Made by a program: the position numbers and the translations under genes
Notes under the pieces: model-generated
What the model saw: the letters and a program-made list of their open reading frames with translations, nothing else
Databases searched by the model: none
What the model was told of the DNA's origin: nothing
Shown here: positions 1 to 13,070 of the stretch, piece after piece
How the letters are laid out: each line of letters starts with the position of its first letter
Position numbering within the stretch: position 1 is the stretch's first letter
Source: Ramazzottius varieornatus
Taxonomy: Eukaryota; Animalia; Tardigrada
NCBI GenBank assembly: GCA_001949185.1
Contig: BDGG01000013.1
Span: forward strand, 496,001-560,000
DNA length: 64,000 nucleotides
Reading direction: 5' to 3'

Positions 1-3000
1 AGTTCTCCTCACAGTTGTAGGTCAGGTTGACCAGGCACAACAGTGAACGCAGCACAATCTCCTGAGATTTCTCTCGAGGTATGACATCAGTAAAGCCTGA
101 TATCGAGGTCTGTATCAGCAGCGGAATGAAATCGGGCAGGTGGCCCAGCTCTTGCCTCCACAACTCTACAAGACACAAAAAAAGAACTCAGACCAAAAGG
201 CTAGTCAACTATCTCGTCGTTCTATGCAGCATTCAGCTAGAAGAGGGACTTACCAGCATGGGCGATGACATTGATCAGGTTGCTGAAGATCGCTCGCAGA
301 ATAGTGCCGACTACCGCATTCACTCCCGGCGGGTTTTTGTTCTTCTTGTCCAGCCGACTTACGCACACTTTTATCAGCCTAGAGAGGAAGACTGCAAAAT
401 GTTTATCAGATGTTCTACATACTTCTGGGTAAGTAAGGTACGTACGTATGGTGTGGGGAAGAAAAAAATCAAACATGATTGTTTTATCAAGTGGCGCACT
501 TTGTTATTGCCGTTGGCCGACACCGTGCGCTACGATGGAAAACGATCTTGTCGAGTCTGTAAGTAGCGCACGTTCTCAGTGTTACTGGCTGGAAGAGTGC
601 GCCACATGTTTAGCGACCGCAATTGCCTTACCGCACTATCAACTCGAAACCGGAAGCACCGGAAGCGCCCTTGTGCGTACAGAGGTACAGTGAGTTCTCC
701 CTGTTCTCGTGCATCACCTGTAAGAAAACGGACGTCAATAACAATAAGCCAAGCTGTACATTCTAAGGAACAGATGAAACTGATGGAACCGATGGAAAGG
801 ACCTTGTAGAAGAACTCGGTTAGGCGATCGACAGCTTTCAGGTCCGCCATGGTGGGATCCTTCTCCAGCCTCGGCAGCAGCATCTCCAAGTGAGCTATAC
901 AGTACTCGAGGATGCCCTGTCGCCGGATCTCGTCGATAAACCACCGTAGCTGAGACCCCAACTTCATGATGACGATGGCCTCAATCACTAGACGCGAAGC
1001 CTGGAACAGAAAAAGTCGAGCCTTGCAGAAACCCACTTCACAGGCACCAAAAATAGAAATCAGGATTCCGACACAATGGCGCCTACGGCAGAATACCCTG
1101 ATTTCTACCAGAGCCTACCACACATCACTCAAGTCAGTTTTTGTCACTCCTGACTATTCCTAGTTTCCAAAAACTGTTTGCCTTCAAGTGTTCAATCATT
1201 TTCTAAGATTTATCTTCAGTATGCATCTTGGAAATATTTTTCTCGATTTTCATAAGAAATTTAATCAGGTGAAATTACCGTCATATCTGTCTTGGCGACA
1301 TCTCGTCCTCGTCGATACTGCGTCAGTCTCTCTAACACGGACCAGACACCATCAACCACGTTCTTATCCGGTTGTTTCTGCTTTGAACTCTTCTCCAAGA
1401 TTTCCTTGAGTATGTTGAGGCCTTTCCTGTCCAGGTTAATCTTCAAGCTATCCGTACTCTGCACCAACACCACAGCTGCCACTGCCAGCGACAAGTTCTC
1501 GTTGCTCGCCGCGTCCTTGAAGTAATCAAAAAGTTTCTCCCGGTATTCACAGGCGAAGAAATGCCTACGAACAAAAACAACGTCTGATGCGAGTCAACAG
1601 AACAAAATGGTCCTCGACAAGATCGTCTTCCAGGTGGCGCACGCTGCCAGCCAACAGCACCAAAAATGTGCGCGACTTGGGAGAAGACTGAAACTCGATA
1701 AGATTACTTTGCAAGTGGCGCACCTTTCCGGCTGTTCCCACTGGACACGTGCGCCACTTGAAAAGCAATCATGCCGACTTTGACCAGCTTCCAAACTTGA
1801 TAATAAATCTAAAACCAAATCGAATAAAAATTTTCCATAAAGCTGAAATATCTCAGACGAAACTCATACACCAGAAAAATAATCACATCAAAACCATCTC
1901 TCACATCATGGTTCCGGGGTTGATTAGCTTCAGCGCCAGCTTGATCGCGTTCAGACATCTTACGGGCATTGGATGCTGCGGTCCCAGTCCCTTGATCAGC
2001 TGCATCAACTCCATCTCGATATCTTCCGACTTCTTCTGGAGGAAAGAATCGTCGAACGCAGCCACTGGTTTCTTTGCCACCGGTATAGCGAAATCATCCA
2101 GCTTTACTACCGCCGTCTGTTCTGTTTTCTGTGAAATATCTTTGGCCTTGTACTCTGGTATGACTGGCTGTGATGAGTTTGGACCTTCTTCCACCTTGAG
2201 TGTTTTTGGTGGACTGCCTGACGGTGTCTCTGTGTCTGGGTTAGTTTTCTCAAAGCTACGTTTACCCACTGAAGTCCTAGCTCGGACATATGTCGCTGGT
2301 TTCTTTTCAGGAATGGGTGGTATTTTCGGTTCTATGAAAGCCACTTTCTTTTCCGGAGGCGGACGTTGGACCTTCTTCGACGGTTCTTTGAAGACGGGAA
2401 CGGGAGGAAGCTTCGATGGAAGTTTCACTGGCGTTGGCGGGAAAGACTCCGCTTTTGCGAGGACAGGAGGCAAAGGTTCGTAGAAGTCCTTCTTATTCTG
2501 AGTATTCGTTTGTTTCGCTTTCGGACGAACTGCTTTGGAGCCTCTCGTGGGCTTCAACCCGGGGACAGCGGGCCTCTTGAAGACTCGACTTCCGACGGAT
2601 GTCTTGCTCTTCGTCAGCGGCGGTGTTCTGGACCACGCTTTATCTGACCCAGTTGAACCATTCGAACCCTGCAAACCCATGAAGGATATAGGCAAAGGAC
2701 GAAAATGAAATACTTTCGAACGACAAACCAGATTCGGTTCGTACACAGATTCTGTTCTGGACCAAGGCCGTGCTGATATAAAGGCCGTGCTATGGCAAAA
2801 GGCCGTGCTCCATTAAAGGCCGTGTCGATCACAGGTCGGTGCCAACGTACCTGCGAAGAAGTGGATCCTCCAGAAGACGACTGTGACTTCGGCTTGATTT
2901 TCTCCTCTTCATCGCTGCTTTCGGCGTCGAAGTCGTAAGGATTCGATACTGGAGGGTTCACCGGTGCCGGCAGAGCTACCGGTTGAGAGGAAGAAGTGGA

Positions 3001-3937
3001 AGGAGCGGAAGAAGGCAACTTGGGAAGCGGAGCGATCCAGTTATCGGGCGAAGCTGAGCGTTCAATCTTCTTGGAGGTTGCTGCTCTACTCTTTGCGTTC
3101 TTCTTCGGTATGTCCTCAGCGTCTAAGCCTTGGGAGCTAGAAACCGTTGGCTTGGTAGACCTGGAAAAAGCTGCAGGAACTTTGGAAAGGAAAGCATCAG
3201 GCGAAACTGTGCGCTCGGCTTTCTTTGCAACACCTTTTCTCTTTGCGTTCTTTTTCAGCATTTCCGCAATATCAAAGTCGCAGGAGTATGCAACAGCAGG
3301 CTTCGAGCGCTGTGACGAAACTGCGGGCAATGTAGGAGGAAGTGTCACCCAGTCAACAGGCGAAGCTGAGCGATTAGTCTTCTTCGAGTCAGCTTTACCC
3401 TGCGTATTCTTCTTTGGCACCTCGTCGGCGTCAAAGTCGTATGGATTGGACGAAAGTGGTTCCGGAGGCTCCGAGGAAACCGCAGGCTGAGAACGAGAAG
3501 TGGTGGGAACAGGCAGAGTCGAGATGAGCACTGCCAGTTCGGACTGAGACTTCTTCAGGGGAAGTTGTCTTCCCGCGTTTCCTTTTGCCTTCTCCACTTT
3601 CCCTGAAACTTTCGATGGAGCGCTTTCTGCTACCTTCCTTTCGGGAGACTTCTCTGGCGACTTGTTAGCGAGGCGAGCACTGAGCGAACCCAAACTCGCA
3701 GTGGTGAATTTCTCGTTGTCACTCTGCAACAAAGCATAAACTGACGCACAAATCAATGAATCAAGCGCCCAAGTCTATAAGCTATCTTACAGGGGTAGAG
3801 GACGATCTGAGAAGTGCGTCAAAGTCGCTGGACGGATTACTGCGCCCGCGAATCGGTCCACCGACAAAGTCCGCAAAACGGCGTGGAGGTCGAGAGCCGT
3901 GTCTTGTGTAGACTTCGCGAGATCTGGGGGCATTCAT
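1..3937 (-). CDS. WAPL: Wings apart-like cohesin release factor (multi-exon, 3' end runs off the window)
   Basis: Exon 1 (ATG 3937) reads MNAPRSREVYTRHG...SDFDALL, resembling the WAPL N-terminal KTYSRKG...FDEVF. A long S/P/K-rich region follows. The helical domain LIKGLGPQHPMPVRCLNAIKLALK...NLSLAVAAVVLVQSTDSLKINLDRKGLNILKEILE and WFIDEIRRQGILEYCI matches the WAPL domain. Confidence 0.85.
488..608. repeat. Tandem pair of 49-bp palindromic elements (CAAGTGGCGCAC-N25-GTGCGCCACTTG family) in a WAPL intron
   Basis: Units at 488-536 and 560-608, both with 25-nt spacers, 72-bp period. Confidence 0.85.
1631..1760. repeat. Tandem pair of 49-bp palindromic elements in a WAPL intron
   Basis: Units at 1631-1679 and 1712-1760; the second has perfect 12-bp arms. 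Both are preceded by a CTCGA(C/T)AAGAT flank. Confidence 0.9.
2764..2825. repeat. Intronic minisatellite (AAGGCCGTG x4, 17-18 bp period)
   Basis: Four AAGGCCGTG units seen directly within the WAPL intron at ~2669-2850. Confidence 0.8.
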
Positions 3938-4447
3938 CCTGCTGTAAAGCTTTCAAAACGCAGTCCGATCTACCTACCAAACAGTCCGAAATGGTCGGTG
4001 AACTTCAAACAGCCTATAAAGTATGCATGATTGAATAGCACCGTTCAGAGAACAGCGAACGTTTGTCCACTTTAGAACACAAACGTAAGAAGTCGGGAGT
4101 AAGAATTGGGAGACAGGCAGGGCTGCTAGCTTGCTGCCTGCAGAAGTGAGACTGGAAGAAGAAATCGGAAATTTTGGAAGATAAACTTGAAAAAGGAAAA
4201 AGCACAGCAACACACGTTACTAGACTTACGTCACACAGGTTATGTTGGATTGTTAGTAAGTCATGTCGTCCGTACTCTCGTCCAGTACGTCAGCCATATG
4301 ACATCATAGGCTGCGATTCTAAAACGCGAATATTTTTCTGGCGAGTGCGACCTCCACGGACCACAGCTTTACCTCGATGAAATTTTGCCGTCGTTACCGT
4401 AGATCTTGCTCACTGTTGTGTATCTGTAGCGGAATTCGAGGATCACG

Positions 4448-7400
4448 ATGACCCACAGGAAGAAGCTAGAAGACGACTGGGAGACGGAGACTAGCTCGGA
4501 TTCGGATGACTCGGACGACTCCGATGATGACAGTAAGTCAGCTGTTTTATTATCACTGATCGTACCTCGAGGTGGTGCACTATGTCACGTGTGTGTTCTG
4601 TTTTCCTGGTCCATGGTCACGTGGTGAGTGCGCCATCCGAAAGTTCTGTTGGACTGTTTTGCTGTTCTGCTCGGTAGCTGATTGACTTGATTTGTGGCTT
4701 AGAAATTGACTTGTCTGACTTGGACGATGCTACTCTAGATGAGATGGCGCGCAACATGGAGATTGCTGACGACTTCAGCGTTCCTAATGGGCGGCAGGGA
4801 ATGGGTCACGGTCGATTTTTGGTCCACACCGGTTCTGGGCGCCAGCTGAATCCTCAATACGTCCAAGTGCAGCATCCCCAAGGCTTGAAAGGCAAAGCTG
4901 CTGCAGACTACTGGCGCAACTACGGCCGAATGAAGAAAATGGCCGCCAAGAACGAGAAGGCCATGCATGGTACATCGCCCAAGAAGGACAAGAAGGCAAA
5001 GATGGAGGACAAGAAAGAACGACGACGGCTGAAGATGGAAAAGAAACTACAGAACAAAGATCCCACATCGGTAAAAAGGAAACGGTAACTAGCTGTCTTT
5101 GCGCAGGACGTCAGCGGCGTCCGTTTTACGCACCGGCGCTCAGGCTGGAATGCGTTGCGAATTCTGACGTCGTGAGCGCGCCCAACTGGTAGAATGGGCG
5201 GTTTACTTCGCTGTCATGCACGTGCGTGCTTGCCTTCCGTCACTGTTGCACGACACTATGTGTGCATATGCCTGCGTGCGAATGATTGTTCTTGTTTCCG
5301 TTTTGCAGTTTCCGGCGCTTTTGCTTCCAGACAAGATTCGGCAGAAAATCGACGAGACCGTTGATACTTTCAACAAGTACAGACGTGAGCAGCAGAGTCT
5401 AAAGAAGAAGAAAGAACAGCAGGCGGTCGTAGAGGATTTGTCTCCGCCTGTGGACGAGGAGGTCGATCCGGAGGCCATGGGAGCTTCTGAGGACCAGTAT
5501 GAGCGCATGCGTGAGATCGCTCCCGTGGCTCAACAGATTCGCATGGCTTTTCCGAAGGTTCCCACCAAGTCCGATATCGACGAGTCGAGAATCGAAGGTT
5601 TGAGTATGACCTACTTGGATGAGCTGTCGCAGAAGCAGAGTAACCTTGCATACCAGGAAATGTTGAAGTTCAGAAGGAAACTGCCAGCCTTCCAAGTTCG
5701 ACAGGTGGGTTGGAACATACCTCACATTTCCTCCCTCAAAACTGATATGAACGATTTTTTCTTCCCCTTTACAGAAATTGCTGGATACGATTGAGAACAA
5801 CCAAGTCGTCGTCGTTAGTGGAGAAACCGGTTGCGGGAAAACTACCCAGGTAATTTACGTACATCCTTCATTACCAAAATTTGTTGAAAGTTACTTTAGC
5901 TCATTGAGGACGATGCGGTTAACGAAGCTTCGTTGGTGATTTTTAGTTGCCTCAGTTTATTTTGGACGACTGGATCGAACGGGGGGATGGTGGCCGATGT
6001 CGCATCATTTGCACTCAGCCGCGTCGCATCAGCGCCATCTCAGTCTCGGAAAGAATCGCCAAAGAACGTGCGGAGAAGTTGGGAAAATCTGTCGGCTACC
6101 AAATCCGCCTCGAAAAGTACAAACTGCTTCTTGGAAATTTTTTTGGCTGCTTTTTTAGCTCGATATGATGATGTTGTTTTCAGGGTGATGCCGCGAGAAA
6201 CGGGCTCGATAACAATGTGCACGACGGGCATCCTTCTCCAGTGGCTAACTGGAAACCAGTAAGACACTTTTCACTGAATGTTTCTGTCTGAGTTTCCTGT
6301 GGGAACTGTGAATTAACTTTGTCTGTGCCTTTTAGAGATTTGAATAAGATATCGCACGTGATTGTCGACGAAATTCATGAGCAAGATATCTTGTCGGACT
6401 TTCTGCTGATCATCCTAAAGGATCTCCGCATACGTCGTAAGGATCTCAAGATCGTCCTCATGTCGGCCACCATGAATGCCGAAAAGTTTTGCGCATATTT
6501 CGGTAAGGCACATTAATGAACTATCTGAAGATTGTTGTTCTGGAGTTTCAAAAATGTATCAAGGAAACATGATTTTCTTGCAGATGATTGCCCGATGGTT
6601 CATATTGCTGGCTTCACTTTCCCGGTCCAACAGCTTTTCCTGGAAGATATCCTGGCTCTAACCAAGTACGAGTTTCTCTTGTAGATCTTGTTTACTCCCA
6701 ATTAGGATTTCTAGTTCTGGCTTTACGATAGTTGTTTCTCTGTAGTTATGTCCCTCAAGACAATAAGATAATGAAGAGGCCTCCAAAACGCCAGAACGAC
6801 CCGGAATGGAACAACTTCATGTTGTCTCTTCGGAAGAAGAACTTGACTCGCAAAGTGCTGGAAACGCTCCATGACTTTGACGAGAGCATTGTCGACTTCA
6901 ACCTGATCTTGACGCTGATCCGGCACATAGTCAAAACTACACCGGAAGTAAGTCCGCAGTTTCTCAGCAAGCGTGATTTAGACCACGTGACATTTGAGTT
7001 ACTCTGTCCACTGCTCAAATGTCTTTTCGAATATTTCAAAGTTTTGGCTTAGTTTTTATATGTGTTGATACAGCGAACAGAGAAGAATGAGTTTTATGTT
7101 TCGTTCTTTTTGCAGGACGAAGCCATTTTGGTCTTTCTGTCTGGATGGGAAGATATAAAAAAACTGAATACTCTCTTAGAAGGCGCTTTCGGTTCTGGCC
7201 AACGGGGTAGTCGCTTCCTGGTAATTCCTCTTCACTCCATGATGCCCACTATCAACCAACGCCAAGTCTTTGAACGTCCGGAGAACCAAAGAAAGATCGT
7301 CATTGCAACCTCGATCGCTGAAACCAGGTACATCCCTCTCGGCAGTTGTTTCATCACTGGCGCACTCCACACCTAGTTTTGCACACGGTAATGCGCCTCT

Positions 7401-10006
7401 TGGTCGAGGCTGAACTCATCTCACTGCAGTGGCGCGTTTCGGTAGCGTTTAAGCATTGCCAGTGCGCCACGTCACACGGAAGGCGCGCAGTCCTGACAAA
7501 GTGGCGCAGAATATTGCTTCTGGCAGCAGAACAGTGCGCCGGTTTCTTCGGGCATTTAATTTTTTGTCTTTGCAGCATCACGATTGACGATGTGGTTCAT
7601 GTCATCGACACCGGCAAGATTAAAATGAAGGACTTCGACGTGGCGCGCAATATCAGTACGTTGACCGCTCAGTGGGTTTCCGTGTCGAACGCCAAACAAC
7701 GCAAAGGACGCGCTGGACGGTAAATCGAACTCTCCCCCCGCTTTGGACCTTTGTTGTAACGTTCAGCTTGGGTCTCGCGGCTTAAATAATGGCACCCTTT
7801 CTTTTTTTTGCAGAGTCAAGAGCGGTGTCTGTTATCACCTGTTCACTTCCTACCAGTACAACCTGCTGGAACCGTTTCCCTTACCGGAAATGAAGCGTAC
7901 TCGCCTGGACGAACTCATCCTACAACTGAAGGTACGTTGTTTCTGAATTCTTACGAAATTTAGCGCCGCTATAAACCGGCATTCCGCGATTGATTGATTC
8001 GAAGGCGAGTAGGGAAATCGTAACACTCGGCATCACGCACCTGTATACATTGAATCGCATGTTTTTCATAGGGCGTCGCTACGCAGGTGAAAGATGCTCA
8101 TTGGATAGACTTCTCTGATCGTTCTTGCTTTGCAGTTGCTTCGTTTAGGCTTGGTCCAGCCTTTCGTCGAGAAGGCCATGGAGCCGCCCAGTCACGAAGC
8201 GGTTGTCCAAGCTCTGGACCTGCTGAAGCTTATAGGGGCCTTGGATGAGGAAGAGAACCTAACGCCGTTGGGTAGTCTGCTGGCCAACATGCCCGTTCCA
8301 CCTCAGCTGGGCAAGCTGATGTTCCTTGCCTGCATCTTCCAGTGTCTCAATCCCATCCTCAATGTGACTGCCGTCCTCGGCTACCGCGAGCCCTTCTGCA
8401 CGCCACTGGGCAAGGAAGAAGAAGCCAGGAGAGCAAGGAACAGCTTCGGCGCTGGGCTGAGTAGTGATCACTTGACGTACCACGAAGCTATGAAGGTAGT
8501 AACTGTGATTTGCGACCAATATCAGTCCCATGAGTTAGAATTGGTTTCGGTTTTCACGCACCTGCATACTCGCTTATGAGATCTCCTTTAGAGGGGTTCT
8601 ACTTTAGGCAGGTACGTGAATGACGCTGATGGGTGTTGGTTCACGTACCTGCATACCAGAAGATGCGGTCGTAAAATGGCTCGCCGTATGCAGGTGTGGT
8701 GGTTCAAGCTTCAACTGTCTGCGTACGCGTGGGCATGCTTGCTGTTCGGCGCCTTGTATGCACGTGGAGAAAACTGGCCTCGTAGTTGTTCTGCCGTTCG
8801 CATTCTTCCACGCCAGCGTTGTTATGTCTTTTCCTAGGATTATGTGGATTGCGTGATCAAGGACGGGCATAATGCCATGAAGTACTGCTGGGATTCGTAC
8901 ATGTTCAACACCACTTGTGTGGTAAGTACGTTTAGCATTGTGATGGAAATTGCAAGATGGTGGGGATATTGGTAGACTTTGTTGCTTATTCCAGCAACTT
9001 CTCAAGATGAAGAAGCAGTTTGCGTACATCCTGCAGAGCGCGGGTTTTATCAAAAACGCGGACCCGATGGACGGATATGCCAACCATAACTCCGGTAACT
9101 CTTTGTGACTGTCATCAGTTTCCTTAACATCCTGAGAGACTGTGTAGTATTGTGGGTTCGTACAGGCGATGACGACATCATTCGGGCGGTTCTGGCTGGC
9201 GGCTTGTATCCCAACTTGGGCACCGTAAAACGTCCAAAGAACAAACACATGTCGTACGTCATATTTTCCTTTCGGTTCGCATATCTTCTTGGATCTTATG
9301 TCTGGTTTAGGGTGCCGGTGTTGACGCAGAATTTCGCCGACAAAATCTGCGTGCATCCTAAGAGCATCCTGTCACGTCAGAACGAAGCTGAAGGCATCGT
9401 CGTTTTCTTCACCCAAGTCAAGACTAGCAAAATCTACATTCACGACTTGACGCTGCTGAAATCCAACCTTCCTGTCGCCCTTTTCGCCAAGCGAAGCACA
9501 GTTGGCAAGGTATGTCGCAATCCACATAGTTGAGACTCAAATCGGTCGAAGCAAACAGACTCGACAAGATCGTTTTCCCAACTGGCTCTCAGCGTCAGCC
9601 AATAAGACCGCAAATCTGCGCAACTTGGGATAACAATCTTGTAAAGTTTGTTTGCCGATCTTCCGTTTGCTTTTCAGTTTTCCAGTTTGAAATTCTAACT
9701 GCAATTTCGCGTTTTGTTCACCGAATATGTTGGAACCTCTCTTCCTTCGTTTCGTAGAAGAAAAGCACGGTGGTGGCGACGATCGACGACTGGCTTCAGC
9801 TGAAGTGCATAGGTCCAGGAACGTACCAGTCTGTTGAGAAGCTGAGGAACGCCCTCGACGAGATTTGCCTGGACTTTTACCAGTCTCCTCCTTGCCAGAA
9901 ACTCCACATTGCAGAAGCCATTGACAGCAATCAGGAACGTTTAGCAGCGGCCAACAGCATCATCAAGCTGGTCATTGAATGCTTTAGATTTAAGACGTCG
10001 GCCTAA
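4448..10006 (+). CDS. DHX36: DEAH-box RNA/G-quadruplex helicase DHX36-like (multi-exon)
   Basis: [67 protein letters not shown]2 domain ([19 protein letters not shown]), HPKS OB-fold. N-terminal HPQGLKG resembles the DHX36-specific motif. Confidence 0.88.
7354..7545. repeat. Three tandem palindromic elements in a DHX36 intron
   Basis: Units at 7354-7402, 7426-7473 and 7498-7545; 72-bp period, 24-25 nt spacers. Confidence 0.8.
9559..9650. repeat. Palindromic element with extended inverted flanks (DHX36 intron)
   Basis: ACTCGACAAGATCGTTTTCC-CAACTGGCTCTC-N25-CTGCGCAACTTG-GGATAACAATCTTGTAAAGT. Confidence 0.75.
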
Positions 10007-12042
10007 GCAGCCACCACCCACGCCCTTTTCCCGTCCTGAAGATTGTGAATCGATGGACCCAATCAAGATGCATTTCGCTTTTGACGGTTTCCCCTCGTTC
10101 CCTTTCTACAATGTATTTTATTCTGTTTTGTACTTGGATGCGTTTGAACTGTTTCACTGCTCGGTGGATGATTTGTGATGTTTTAGCTAGTGGAATATTT
10201 AATGAAAACTGTTAGCAAGGACTAGATGTATCTGGTATTGCTGGTGTTTCCTCACGTGTGATTAGGATCTTATTATGGATATTGGCGTAAACATATTAAT
10301 CTTTAACTGTGTTTGACCGTGTTTGATCGCCCTCGTGCCTGCTACATGCGTACCGGAAGTTCGATTGTGTGTGGATCGCGAGCAAACCAAGGTTCTCGGT
10401 TGCCGCTCCCATCGAGGTCCAAACCTTGGGTTGAGTGCTTATGCGTTCCTGTGAAGAGTTAGGTTTTCTGGCCGGTTTCTCTAGGATTATCTTCCTCCAG
10501 GTATTACGTCTTCTCCTCCCTACACCATCCTGTACTGCAGGCTAGTTCGAACACGACGGAAGGAAGGGATTCGGACAACAGGGACACCTCGCGAATACCG
10601 AAGGTTCTCCGATATTGTAGCTGATTGATAACTCAGGAGACATGCACGCAAATCTAGTACAGTGTAGGAACAGCATCCCGGCCCGTGTTCCCATTTGGAC
10701 ATTTTTCACGGTTTCTACTGTAGTAGGGACTGCCGATTATGAAACTGTACTTCCACCTGGAACCCGTATATGAACTTCATGAACTTCACGTCATTATACG
10801 CGCGTAACATCCCTTATGGGGTTGGTGGGGCCAATTGACATACTTCGCGAAGTTCATGGAGATTTAAAGCTAGGAAAGTTCGAGAAATTGGAAATGAAAA
10901 CTGTTCCAGTCGTCGTCTTTCAAAAACCTCGTTGACAGTACAAGTCCGACACTGCTTCCGAGGTTCATAGGATAGCTCACGGTAGCGAGCGTCGCAAGTC
11001 CGTTCAGCACGAGAGGTTGACGAAGTAACCCGGGGGACACTGGTGTAGGGCAAACGTCGCCCAACTGAAGATTAATTGTAACTCCGGGGCTTTCGCAACA
11101 AGCTGATGTCTCTGCACCATTTGATACTGTGGGTATGACCACCCGGTTTACACTTTACAGCATTTCCTCGGGTTTACCGATGCGAGTCACGTATCAAATG
11201 GTCAATAAAAAAACCGAGCCTAGAAAAAGGACCTATATACCGATGGGCTTCTGCGCACGTACACCTGAATTCGTTCCATGAACACGGTTACAATATATCA
11301 AGATAGACAGCAGGCCGACTAGTGCGTACGGAACGATTCAAAAATTGTTGAGCGGCGACTCTGAAACGAGTGGCGCCAATAATACAGGACTCGGCCTCGG
11401 GACTATACGAACCGCTAATATGGAACAGTGGTGACACCGTGACCACAAAAGCCACTGACCAACTTAAATCAAGCATCGTAGCACACTTCTTTGTACCCAT
11501 CAACATTCAGGAAACCTTTTTAGGAAAACGATTCGAATTTAAAGGCCCGTTAACTGAGAAACAAAAATTGATCGACAACCCAATTATACGTTTTGCAGAA
11601 GTCTTTTTCTGCAACATGAACACATCGCCGACGATAGAAGAATCTACGCGCCAGGTACGTTTGGCAGTGTAAGCGGAAACTTCCGTACCCCGTACAGGGA
11701 TACCTGCCGATCGAGTTCACCCATTACCGGCTGCTGTCAGACAGATGGACACGCCTCTAACTTTGTTCATTTACCGGATGCGTTCGTACGTCACAAAGAT
11801 CATCCGCAACGCACGAAGCAACAGTCAGTGGGGAGCTGGTCGCTAGGCTTGAAATAAACTGAACACCGAACAATCTGTATGCGGGAAAAACTGTCCATAA
11901 CATGGTGCGGACAAAACTTACCACAGTTCGTCAAGCTATGGCTAGTTCCATCAGACAGCCTCTGACTATCAAGCACTCTAACAGGAAGGACAGAACCTTC
12001 ATTTTAACGGCGAAAAAGTGTCTAGGATACCTGAAGTTCGTC

Positions 12043-12284
12043 AAAGTCTGCGTCAAACTCTGAAAGAGGCACGAGCTACCACTTCGCCACTTCTGTGGCT
12101 TAATAGTATTGAGAGCATCGTAAAGACTTATCATTTCCGTCCGGGGTTGTAGTAGCATCGGCCCTGAGCCCAAGACGGGTCGTTCTTCTGGCAGTGCATG
12201 CCGCCGCAGCAGTTCCCCCGTGACCCGTTGGCGCCTTCATAAGGCTGATCTGCAACATGCGGACAAATGATCAGTTAGAGGAGT
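12043..12284 (-). pseudogene. Inverted orphan duplicate of ICK peptide intron end, exon 2 and 3' UTR
   Basis: Near-identical reverse complement of 13225-13464. Cys2 TGT>TAT (Tyr) and a Q>R change; no exon 1 found upstream. Confidence 0.85.
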
Positions 12285-12919
12285 TATGACACACCCATGG
12301 TTTTGCGGAAGAAGCCGGAGTAAGCTAAGTAGGGCCTGCCCAAACTCTTCTCTTGTGACGTCACTTTTACGTCGACGCAGCTGACTAAGGTCACGTCTAA
12401 TAGTGTGGCCGGCACTGGCTACACGTACCATTTCCCAAACATCATCGACTGCGTATGTCGAACTTTTAGAGGATACTGGAGAAGAACAGAAACAACTCCA
12501 TCCGTGCTGGTGCTTCTTCTGGACGGGACGCTTTCCTCTGGCCAAATTATGTATTGCGAGGTGGTTATTATTACAGCCTTGGTATGATGTACATCACTAC
12601 AAACGTAAACGGCGTCAACGGGCAAAAAGCTACGTACCCGGCCCAAAGTCCACGCGGTGGACGTTTGCTGTGACAGTCAAGTAGGCAGTGGAGTGTGGAA
12701 AGCCCATGCCTGGCTGCACCTGTTTTCGTGCAGTCCTCTTCTGACGTGAAGCCTTTGAGACACAATCTGATAACGGTCCTTCAAACCTTTCCTCTAACCC
12801 TTCATTAGCTTGCTTGGCAGATGTGACGTAAAAACCTATTTATTCCGGTCCTCACGCTGTAATCGATTCTGTTACATGGAAATAACCAGAGATAAACATC
12901 GATCTTCCGCGTTCGGTTA

Positions 12920-12948
12920 CCAATAGGGCAGAATTTCGCGTATAAAAA
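12920..12948 (+). promoter_or_regulatory. CCAAT and TATAAAA boxes upstream of the ICK peptide gene
   Basis: CCAAT at 12920-12924 and TATAAAAA at 12941-12948, ~125 bp before ATG 13071. AATAAA at 13518-13523 downstream of the stop. Confidence 0.55.
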
Positions 12949-13070
12949 GAGCCGCGATGGACGGACAGAAACACATGACCAGTGTCTTATTCGATTTCTT
13001 CCTGACAAGCTTTTCCGTTTACTATTAGTATTCTAAACGCTCGGTCTACCCGTCGTTTCTTTCCGTCAAG

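Noticed and set aside
1749-3490. Long + strand ORFs (244 aa, 164 aa)
   Set aside because: Antisense shadows of WAPL low-complexity exons.
10520-12000. Short ORFs and small palindromes between DHX36 and the knottin
   Set aside because: Possibly TE debris, but I recognised no domain, TIR pair or TSD with confidence.
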